NCBI GenBank assembly: GCA_965208125.1
Contig: OZ242320.1
Coordinates: 192,001 to 256,000, forward strand
Source of the DNA: Candidatus Latescibacterota bacterium
Lineage (GTDB): Bacteria > Latescibacterota > UBA2968
Length of the DNA stretch: 64,000 nucleotides
Direction: 5' to 3'
Part shown: piece after piece, positions 9,786 through 17,358 of the stretch
Position numbering within the stretch: the first letter of the stretch is position 1
Layout: each line of letters starts with the position of its first letter
The notes under the pieces: model-generated
What the model saw: only the letters and a program-made list of their open reading frames with translations
Told to the model about the DNA's origin: nothing
Databases searched by the model: none
Made by a program: the position numbers and the translations under genes

Positions 9786-10814
9786 ATGCCACAAATCAAA
9801 ATAGGCAAAGGTATTGGCGATATTTCGGAGCAAACACTGCGATTTTATCGGCAAATTGGGGTCGATGCGGTAGTGATGCCAACGCGATGGCGCACAGAAC
9901 CGGGAACTGGCGAACGCAAACTGGTACCGCCGACGCAGATGGGACCAAAAGGCGCGCAGGGAGGGATATGGGATGAGCGGGAATTACAACGCATCAAAGC
10001 GAGAATCGAATTGTATGACCTGACCCCTCTAATCGCGGGATTGGGTATTTCAGGACGCGTATTAATGGGACAACCGGGCAGAGAGGACGATCTGAAAATT
10101 ATAAAAGCCAATATCGAAATCGCAGGGCGGCTGGGACTTCGGGCATTGAACTACAGTTTCACAGCCCTCAGAGCCTCAGAAGGATATGCGGCGCAGCGAG
10201 GTGCGGGACGCGGCGGCGCAGATCTGCGAGATTTTGACAACGAGCGGATATCCCATCTCCCACCGCTCAATTCAATCGGTCGAATTGGGATGATTGAAAT
10301 GTGGGATAATCTGACCTATTTTTTGGAAAACGCGATTCCAACGGCGGAAAAAGCGGGTGTACAATTGGCCGCACATCCCAATGATCCACCGGTTCCAGAA
10401 TATCGCGGCGTTGCCCAACCCCTGGGCGATATTGAGGGCATGCAACGGCTGATCGAAGTGATAGACAGCCCATCAAATTGCATTTTTTACGACACGGGCG
10501 TAATGACGGAAAAAGGCGCAGATGCCGTCGAAATGATTCGCTATTTTGGATGGCGGAATCGCATTGGAACTGTACATTTCCGAAATGTGAAAGTGGAAAT
10601 ACCTCGATTTAAGTATATCGAGACCTTTCACGATGACGGCGAATGCGATATGTTTGCCTGCATTCAGGCATTTCAAGAGGTTGGTTACAACGGAATGATT
10701 GATCCCGACCACACGCCGGGCATCCTGGGCGATACGCCAGATACGCGCATTGGCTGGGCGTATGCTATTGGTCAAATGGTGGCAATGCGAAATGCCGTAG
10801 AAAAAAACAAATAA
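9786..10814 (+). CDS. uxuA: Mannonate dehydratase family protein
   Basis: AGGAG RBS; WDNLTYFL..AEKAGVQLAAHPNDPP, VHFRNV, ETFHDDG, PDHTP, AYAIG. Confidence 0.8.
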   Translation: MPQIKIGKGIGDISEQTLRFYRQIGVDAVVMPTRWRTEPGTGERKLVPPTQMGPKGAQGGIWDERELQRIKARIELYDLTPLIAGLGISGRVLMGQPGREDDLKIIKANIEIAGRLGLRALNYSFTALRASEGYAAQRGAGRGGADLRDFDNERISHLPPLNSIGRIGMIEMWDNLTYFLENAIPTAEKAGVQLAAHPNDPPVPEYRGVAQPLGDIEGMQRLIEVIDSPSNCIFYDTGVMTEKGADAVEMIRYFGWRNRIGTVHFRNVKVEIPRFKYIETFHDDGECDMFACIQAFQEVGYNGMIDPDHTPGILGDTPDTRIGWAYAIGQMVAMRNAVEKNK

Positions 10815-10845
10815 AAAAGCCCCAACGCTTTTCCGCGTTGGGGCT
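10813..10845. terminator. Terminator hairpin between convergent genes
   Basis: A6-GCCCCAACGC ttttcc GCGTTGGGGC; the U-run lies on the minus strand. Confidence 0.7.
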
Positions 10846-10862
10846 GCATGTGATATTGTGTG

Positions 10863-10988
10863 TCAGAAATTGAGAACGCCATAAACCAGAGTAATCGCAA
10901 AAATCACGCCTATAATTCCCATGGCAACTTTGAATTGTAAGCTGATTCTATCCTCTTCCCGGTCGCGCAAGTCGTTGAAAGTCTGCAT
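10863..10988 (-). CDS. Small 41-aa single-TM membrane protein (not in the ORF track)
   Basis: AAAGGAGGAG RBS; MQTFNDLRDREEDRISLQFKVAMGIIGVIFAITLVYGVLNF*; terminator immediately downstream. Confidence 0.7.
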   Translation of the reverse strand: MQTFNDLRDREEDRISLQFKVAMGIIGVIFAITLVYGVLNF

Positions 10989-11076
10989 GGCTCTCCTCCT
11001 TTAAGTATGCGGACGGATATGTTCTATATAAATAATACTAATTTTTTCTATTAAGTCAATAGACAAAATACGACTC

Positions 11077-11105
11077 TTGACAATTCTTACAGATAAATCT
11101 ATCGT
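11077..11105 (+). promoter_or_regulatory. sigma70 promoter of the cytochrome gene
   Basis: TTGACA-17bp-TATCGT. Confidence 0.45.
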
Positions 11106-11151
11106 TTGCAGTAGCTTTTGTATGAATATCATAACTCGGAGAGAAATACCA

Positions 11152-12120
11152 ATGAAGTGGGTGGTCGTGATAGTAGCACTCGTAATTGTGGGAGCGCTGG
11201 GCGTTGCCTACCATCTGAAGACCAATTTTCCCAAAGTAGATCCGCCTTATAATATTCGCGTATCGGGAACGCCCGAACAGATCGCACGAGGACGTTATTT
11301 AGCCAATCACGTCACGGTATGTCTCGAATGCCATTCAACGCGAGATTGGGCGCATTATTCTGCGCCACCGCTGCCGGGCACCGAGGGCAAAGGCGGCGAA
11401 GTATTTCCCGAAACAGCAGGATTTCCAGGCACCTTGATCGCACCCAATATCACACCGGCAGCTTTGGGAGATTGGACAGATGGCGAAATCATTCGAGCTT
11501 TTACCAGCGGCGTAAATAAAAACGGCGATCCGCTTTTTCCACTGATGCCCTATCGCGCATATCGAAATCTCATGCCAGCAGATATTGACGCCATTGTCGC
11601 TTATGTGCGTACCCTATCTCCCATTGACCATATCCCGCCGCGATCCAAATTGAATTTTCCCATGAACCTGATAGTACGCACAATGCCAGAACCCTATAAA
11701 CTCCCCAAATCGGTTGATCCCTCAGACCCCGTTGCTTATGGCGAGTATTTGGCGACCATTGCCGGATGTGCCACTTGCCATACGCCTCATGATCAAAAAC
11801 TGAGGGAGCCTGTTGAAGACATGCAATTCGCCGGAGGATTTCAATTCCAATTGCCCAGTGGCAAAACTGTACAATCGGCCAATATTACACCCGACATAGA
11901 AACGGGAATTGGACATTGGAAAAAAGAGTACTTCATCGGACGTTTCAGGCAATTTGCCGGGGAAAACGCAAAGCACATTCTATTGCAGGATGGCATGAAC
12001 AGCGTGATGCCCTGGACAATGTACGCGGGCATGACAGACGAAGACCTCGGCGTCATCTACGACTATCTGCAAACCGTCGCGCCAATCCGAAATGCCGTTG
12101 AACGGTTTGCAGAACAGTAG
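11152..12120 (+). CDS. Membrane-anchored diheme cytochrome c
   Basis: N-terminal TM; CLECH and CATCH heme motifs, each followed by (A/S)xNITP and MP[YW]. Confidence 0.88.
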   Translation: MKWVVVIVALVIVGALGVAYHLKTNFPKVDPPYNIRVSGTPEQIARGRYLANHVTVCLECHSTRDWAHYSAPPLPGTEGKGGEVFPETAGFPGTLIAPNITPAALGDWTDGEIIRAFTSGVNKNGDPLFPLMPYRAYRNLMPADIDAIVAYVRTLSPIDHIPPRSKLNFPMNLIVRTMPEPYKLPKSVDPSDPVAYGEYLATIAGCATCHTPHDQKLREPVEDMQFAGGFQFQLPSGKTVQSANITPDIETGIGHWKKEYFIGRFRQFAGENAKHILLQDGMNSVMPWTMYAGMTDEDLGVIYDYLQTVAPIRNAVERFAEQ

Positions 12121-12130
12121 AGAGGAAAAT

Positions 12131-12907
12131 ATGGAATCGGGTTCCGGAGCATTTAATTTTGGTCGCGTCAAGGTATGGTATCATTGCCCTCAAGACCGTC
12201 TTACCGACCTGCCGGTAGTATTTGTCCTGCACGGAGCCTCGCGCAATGCCAGCACCTATCGCGACACCTGGGCCAGCCATGCCGATACGCACAGATTTTT
12301 GTTATTGGCCCCGGAATTTTCACAGGAGAATTACCCCGATGAAAGGACATTTAACCTCGGCAATGTATTTGCCGAAGATGGAAGGCGAAATACCATAGCC
12401 GATTGGTCCTTTCAAGTCATTGAAGGCATTTTTGACCACGTCAAAAAACGAGTGGGACTCCGAGCATCGTCCTACGGATTTTATGGGCATTCGGCGGGCA
12501 GCCAATTTGTACACCGATTTTTGTACTTCATGCCTCAGTCACATGCATATATCTTTGTAGCGGCCAACGCCGGATGGTACACTATGCCCACATTCAAACA
12601 GACCTATCCCTATGGACTGGCCGGATCGGGTCTGACTGTCGCGAATTTGAAACGGTCGCTAAACCAGCAGGTTGTAGTACTCCTGGGTACTGATGATATA
12701 GATGTGAACCATCCCAAATTGAGACGCACGCCGCAGGCGATGATGCAGGGCGCGCACCGCTTTGAGCGCGGCCACACATTTTTTGAAACGGCAAAACGCG
12801 AAGCCGAAGCGCTCAACGTGCCATTTAACTGGCAGTTGGACACAGTACCCAACGTGGGACACAACAATGCGGGAATGGCAAAAGTGGGCATTGCGTATTT
12901 GGTGTGA
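12131..12907 (+). CDS. Alpha/beta hydrolase (esterase/depolymerase-like)
   Basis: VFVLHG, GHSAGSQFVHR, ANAGWYT, VGH motifs. Confidence 0.75.
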   Translation: MESGSGAFNFGRVKVWYHCPQDRLTDLPVVFVLHGASRNASTYRDTWASHADTHRFLLLAPEFSQENYPDERTFNLGNVFAEDGRRNTIADWSFQVIEGIFDHVKKRVGLRASSYGFYGHSAGSQFVHRFLYFMPQSHAYIFVAANAGWYTMPTFKQTYPYGLAGSGLTVANLKRSLNQQVVVLLGTDDIDVNHPKLRRTPQAMMQGAHRFERGHTFFETAKREAEALNVPFNWQLDTVPNVGHNNAGMAKVGIAYLV

Positions 12908-12909
12908 GC

Positions 12910-12972
12910 GTAGGGACAACCCCCTGTGGTTGTCCTTGTTCTAACGGGCGGGCACAGGGGCGCCGCCCCTAC
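12910..12972. repeat. GTAG-family REP doublet (inverted pair)
   Basis: GTAGGGACAACCCCCTGTGGTTGTCC ... GGGCGGGCACAGGGGCGCCGCCCCTAC immediately after the stop codon. Confidence 0.7.
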
Positions 12973-13011
12973 CTTCTTACGTCTCACCTCTTACTGCTTG
13001 TTTTGCTAACC

Positions 13012-13354
13012 ATAAATAAAGAATGGCCGCGATCATTCATCGCGGCCATTTATGTACTACAAGGCATGGAACCTCCTATGTCAGCCGATCGGATGAGAGG
13101 TCCTTCCACCCGACCGCTGGATACAGATTGGTGGCATAGTAACCTCCTCTTGTGAGTGTTGCGGCCCGTCACGCCCACTCGCGGTCCGATGAACTCTCTA
13201 TGCCCTGTGTGTTTGCGCGAAGGTCTAAGGAACGGTATCCAAGTCGGGTTACCGAATGGGGCAACGAGTCCGACGAAAAAAAGACCAGATATAAAACACA
13301 CGGGCGAGAACCCTTTCGAGCGGAATGCCGCCTGACGATTCATATCGCCTGTTA
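13012..13354 (-). ncRNA. Candidate structured non-coding RNA (~340 nt) with a 6S-like rod in its 5' half
   Basis: Own promoter and terminator; nested pairings CGTCA/TGACG, GCGG..TCCG/CGGA.CCGC, GGGTTCTC/GAGAGTTC, GCCCGTGTGTTT/AAACACACAGGGC, GGTCT/AGACC, GTCGG/CCGAC, GTTGCC/GGTAAC. Confidence 0.55.
13022..13050. terminator. Terminator hairpin, probably bidirectional
   Basis: AATGGCCGCGAT cattc ATCGCGGCCATT with T-rich tails on both strands. Confidence 0.7.
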
Positions 13355-13360
13355 TTTTGG

Positions 13361-13390
13361 AATATAACCCGATAAATTGTGGGATGTCAA
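13361..13390 (-). promoter_or_regulatory. sigma70 promoter of the candidate ncRNA
   Basis: TTGACA-18bp-TATATT. Confidence 0.55.
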
Positions 13391-13498
13391 GACCTAATTT
13401 GAAATTTTTTTATAGGTATCTTTAGATAAAATTATATACTATATATCAGTGCCCAATCCACACTAATCATTTCCGCTATAGAACAGGAGAACGCAGAT

Positions 13499-15094
13499 AT
13501 GGGATATGGCAAACGAGAAGATCCGAAACTGTTTAAGGACGAGCAAATTCGTCAATATATCGCAGACGGATACGTGGTTTTTAAGCCAGATGTGCCCGAT
13601 GACCTGCACGAGACAGTTCGGCAAAAACTGCAATTTATGGTCGATGAAGAATTCAATTACGGCAACAACGTACTGCCTCGCGTCCCCGAGATGGATCGCA
13701 TCTTAAACAGCCCAGAAGTGCGGGGTGCGCTCATCAGCGTACTAGGCCCGGGCTACATCGAACACCCGCATCGGTTTTGTCACTACATCTCGCCCAACGC
13801 AACACACAGAACACTCGCTCAAAATTGTCATCAAGATTCTTACACCCCTCTGGGACGCCCGCGCCAGCACTACCCGCGCTTTGCGCGCATCATGTACTAT
13901 CCACAGGATTCACCCGTTGAAATCGGTCCCACACACGCGATTCCCGGCACGCAGTATCACAGGCGATTGACAGATGGAGACCGCCAGAACGCCATACCAA
14001 TAGCCGGTAAAGCTGGCACAGTATCAATCACGCACTTTGATATAGGACACGCCGCAGGCATCAACACACTTCGCCAGCCCCGGCATATGATCAAATTCAT
14101 TTACGTACGCGCGGAAGAACCGATCACCCCCTCGTGGGATTGTCGGGATCACATCTGGCGAAATCCCGAAACATATAAAACACCGCATGATCTGCACCTA
14201 ATCTGGTCGCATATATGGGATTGGCTCTGTGGCAAAAAGGATCGATACGAAAGTTTTCACGCATCAGACCCCGCAACTTATGGATTGGAAGACCTGCATC
14301 ACGACAACCTGGACAAACAACTCGCTGCCATGCACTCAATAGCCGCAACAAAAAATGTCGATGCAATTCCAGCGCTGATTCGCAAACTCAATACCGACGA
14401 CCAGTGGACGCGCCTCGCGGCTGTATATACTCTCGGCGCAATAGGTCAACCCGCAGTACAGCCTCTGATAGAAGCACTCTTAGACGCCGCTATGCATCAA
14501 GACGAGGACCCCGTACCCACATCGTGGAATGAAGGCGCCATATCGATGGAAGATGCTGCCCATGCGCTTGTTGCCATAGGCACACCTTCACTGGATCCTC
14601 TAATTGGACTACTGGACAACCCGAGCGAATGGGCACGCATCAACGCGGCCTTCGCGCTCGGCGAAATGGATTCTCTGGCGACACAAGCCGTACCTGCACT
14701 CACGCGCTGTCTTGACGATGCCTCTCACTGCGTTGTGCGCACAGCCACAGATGCACTGGGCAGCATTCGGCAAAACAGCGAAGAATTTATACCCGTAATC
14801 GAGCGGCTACTCAAAGTAGGACGTCCCGAATGGCAAATACCCGACCGACGCGACTGGACGCCCTATGATCAGGTCCGCGTCAACGCCGCAATGGTATTTA
14901 CACGCCTGGGCAAAGACGTCGCAAGTGCCGAAGCTCTCCTACTCGACACATTATCCGACCCCAACGGTCATGTCGCAGCATTTGCTCTGGAAGCATTGCG
15001 ACGGATAGGCACGCCCTCGGCAATAGATGGCGTCATGGAATATCTGATGACGCGGCGGTGGGATGAAAGCATAGAGAAAGGAAGACTGTTTTGA
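13499..15094 (+). CDS. Phytanoyl-CoA dioxygenase (PhyH)-family domain fused to HEAT repeats
   Basis: HQD..H facial triad (CHQDSY, DIGHAAG), YYPQD..GPT; C-terminal RLAAVYTLGAIG / RINAAFALGEM / RTATDALG repeats. Confidence 0.82.
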   Translation: MGYGKREDPKLFKDEQIRQYIADGYVVFKPDVPDDLHETVRQKLQFMVDEEFNYGNNVLPRVPEMDRILNSPEVRGALISVLGPGYIEHPHRFCHYISPNATHRTLAQNCHQDSYTPLGRPRQHYPRFARIMYYPQDSPVEIGPTHAIPGTQYHRRLTDGDRQNAIPIAGKAGTVSITHFDIGHAAGINTLRQPRHMIKFIYVRAEEPITPSWDCRDHIWRNPETYKTPHDLHLIWSHIWDWLCGKKDRYESFHASDPATYGLEDLHHDNLDKQLAAMHSIAATKNVDAIPALIRKLNTDDQWTRLAAVYTLGAIGQPAVQPLIEALLDAAMHQDEDPVPTSWNEGAISMEDAAHALVAIGTPSLDPLIGLLDNPSEWARINAAFALGEMDSLATQAVPALTRCLDDASHCVVRTATDALGSIRQNSEEFIPVIERLLKVGRPEWQIPDRRDWTPYDQVRVNAAMVFTRLGKDVASAEALLLDTLSDPNGHVAAFALEALRRIGTPSAIDGVMEYLMTRRWDESIEKGRLF

Positions 15095-16341
15095 ATACAC
15101 GACACCTGATTTCAACGCAGGGATCAGACCGCGGAACCGGATATAACATGAGCGGGAAACTGATTCGGCGCGATGGCAAATTATTCATCGGATGGTTGGA
15201 TGCCCCGCCAGAAGAAGGCACACAGGCGAGGATCATGATAGGCGTTTGTGACGAAATATCTGGAGAGATGCACCGGGCATTTCAAATTGGCGAAGGCATT
15301 GACAACCACTGTGGACCCGCCCTGGTACTGGACGGCAACGGGCGATTGCACGCCCTCGTCGGAGCGCATCACGGACCGTTTTTTTATCGATGGTCAGACA
15401 ATCCGGAAGACCCGAATACCTGGAGTGAGCCAGAGGCATTGGGCGCATTGAGCACATATCCCAGTTTCGCAGTGGATCAGGAGGGAACACTGCACCTGGC
15501 GCATCGCGAGAGCGGGAACAGATGGGCCATGTGGTACCGGCGAAAAAAAGCCAATCAGAGTTGGGAACCACCGCGTGTAATAGCCGTCAGCCCGGTCGCG
15601 GGATACAATCATTTTATGCAATCCTTAACCACAGGACCAGACGGAACCCCGCATCTAATATTCCAATTTCACTTTGCGGAATCTGGTAGTGCAGCAGATT
15701 GTCGGGGACGTGCAGCAGTACATGTGTATTCAGAAGACGGCGGCGATACGTGGTACAACGAAGGCGTGCGCTTTGACGACCCATTGACAATGGAAACAAT
15801 GCGAGCCATTTGTCACGACCCGCAGGGCGGAGATGGTCAGCACAGCGTGCGCGTGGGCAATCACGTCGTAGATGCAAACAATCAACCGTGGTTCTTCTGC
15901 TCATATCCCGGGTATCAAAGCGGCGTATTGTGGCATCGCAGCGATGGGGGATGGGAACCTGTGGATTTATCCCCAGTCCTCAATGGCTTAAACATGGAAG
16001 GTGGACGCGCGACATCGCTATCCCGAGATCACAAAGGCAGATTGCACTTTGCATTTGCAACACATCCACACAAAAAGCGATGTGAATGGTTCAGCCCCGA
16101 ACTGGAATTATTTTATGCAATACTCGACGAAAAAGGCGAGTTGGTCTCCTTAGACCAACTAACGGAAACCGACAACGCGGCAGCGAACTGGTTACCCGCA
16201 CTGGAGCAATGGGACTGGATGCGCCCCCATCAAAAGTTCAATAATGGTCACTGGATGATGTACACACGTGGCTTGAATGCTGGCGGCATTGGCGGCGACA
16301 ACAAAAGCGCATTGAAGACAGAAATTTATTTAACCCGATGA
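15091..16341 (+). CDS. BNR/Asp-box repeat beta-propeller protein
   Basis: DNHCGPAL..D.NGRLH..GAHH, TYP, YSEDGGDTW Asp-box. Confidence 0.7.
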   Translation: MNTRHLISTQGSDRGTGYNMSGKLIRRDGKLFIGWLDAPPEEGTQARIMIGVCDEISGEMHRAFQIGEGIDNHCGPALVLDGNGRLHALVGAHHGPFFYRWSDNPEDPNTWSEPEALGALSTYPSFAVDQEGTLHLAHRESGNRWAMWYRRKKANQSWEPPRVIAVSPVAGYNHFMQSLTTGPDGTPHLIFQFHFAESGSAADCRGRAAVHVYSEDGGDTWYNEGVRFDDPLTMETMRAICHDPQGGDGQHSVRVGNHVVDANNQPWFFCSYPGYQSGVLWHRSDGGWEPVDLSPVLNGLNMEGGRATSLSRDHKGRLHFAFATHPHKKRCEWFSPELELFYAILDEKGELVSLDQLTETDNAAANWLPALEQWDWMRPHQKFNNGHWMMYTRGLNAGGIGGDNKSALKTEIYLTR

Positions 16342-16385
16342 ATTTAGCGAATCCTCCCTGCTGAACCTCCAATAACAAAAAAAAG

Positions 16386-16448
16386 TTGACATCTGAGATC
16401 ATTTACTCTATTTTCTTTAGTAACTCTAAAAAACAGAGAACTCTAAAA
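16386..16448 (+). promoter_or_regulatory. sigma70 promoter with three ACTCTA direct repeats (putative operator)
   Basis: TTGACA-17bp-TATTTT; ACTCTA at 16405, 16423 and 16440. Confidence 0.5.
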
Positions 16449-16468
16449 TCCATTAAAGGAGGAATCAA

Positions 16469-17038
16469 ATGCAATCCACGCAAAAATTTGAAGAGGACGT
16501 AGCCTTTGTCCGCGAGGCTGTTGAAAAGCGCGATCGGAGGCAATACAACTCCATTGCCATAGTCGTGCTCTGGGCCATCATCCTTACCGCCGGTTATATA
16601 GTCAACGATTTTCGTCCCGAAGTGAGCCACCTCTATTGGCCCATCGCGACCTCCGTCGGATTCCTGATCAGCATCTGGGTCGGCGTGCGGGCAAAGCGGG
16701 TGGAAGGCGTCGCAAAACGCAGCGAAGGGGCTAAGCACACCCTGCATTGGGGCAGTTTGTTTTTTACGATTGCCGCTATTGTGTTCATTGCACTGCGACA
16801 CGGCCTGGATGGCTGGGTGATGGGCCAGTTCATCACTCTAATCTCTGGTGTCACCTGGTACCTGGGCGGTCTGCACCTGGACCGTCGCTTTCTTTTGCCC
16901 GGCATCGTATGCATCGTGAGTGCCCCTGCTGTTGACTATCTCGCTCCCTACCCCTGGACCATGGCCGGCCTGGCCATCGCCGCCAGCCTGATCATCAGTG
17001 CCTTATGGATGAAACCTCATGAAAAAAGCACCGTCTAA
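16469..17038 (+). CDS. Integral membrane protein (~6 TM)
   Basis: AAGGAGG RBS; alternating hydrophobic helices. Confidence 0.75.
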   Translation: MQSTQKFEEDVAFVREAVEKRDRRQYNSIAIVVLWAIILTAGYIVNDFRPEVSHLYWPIATSVGFLISIWVGVRAKRVEGVAKRSEGAKHTLHWGSLFFTIAAIVFIALRHGLDGWVMGQFITLISGVTWYLGGLHLDRRFLLPGIVCIVSAPAVDYLAPYPWTMAGLAIAASLIISALWMKPHEKSTV

Positions 17039-17345
17039 CACCTCCGATAGTCTTGCCCAACTGGACAAACTGCTGGAACACCGGTCTCGGCTCGGCGCCT
17101 GCGTGCTCCTCGCCGACACCGACGCCATGACCTTTACCAGTTTGAAACAACTGCTAAAAGAAACCGACGGCAACATGGGCGCGCACCTGCGAAAACTGGA
17201 AGACATGGGCTATGTCGATATTGACAAGCTATTCGAAAACCGAAAACCCGTCACCTGGTACAGCCTTACGGAAAAAGGCCGCAGGTCTTTAACCACACAC
17301 TTAAAAGCCCTGCAAACCGTAATCCGCAGTGCCGGCATCGACTGA
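17019..17345 (+). CDS. Winged-helix transcriptional regulator (HTH_34/MarR-like)
   Basis: RL..L....MTFTSLKQLLKETDGNMGAHLRKLED.GYV...K.F..RKPVTWYSLT.KGR. Confidence 0.85.
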   Translation: MKKAPSNTSDSLAQLDKLLEHRSRLGACVLLADTDAMTFTSLKQLLKETDGNMGAHLRKLEDMGYVDIDKLFENRKPVTWYSLTEKGRRSLTTHLKALQTVIRSAGID

Positions 17346-17358
17346 TAGGCGTACAAAC

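Noticed and set aside
13125-13140. CCACCA suggesting a tRNA or (permuted) tmRNA end
   Set aside because: No T-arm (GTTCGA) and no matching acceptor stem
13050-13343. 97-aa ORF across the structured RNA region
   Set aside because: No SD and no recognisable protein features; extensive base pairing explains the sequence better
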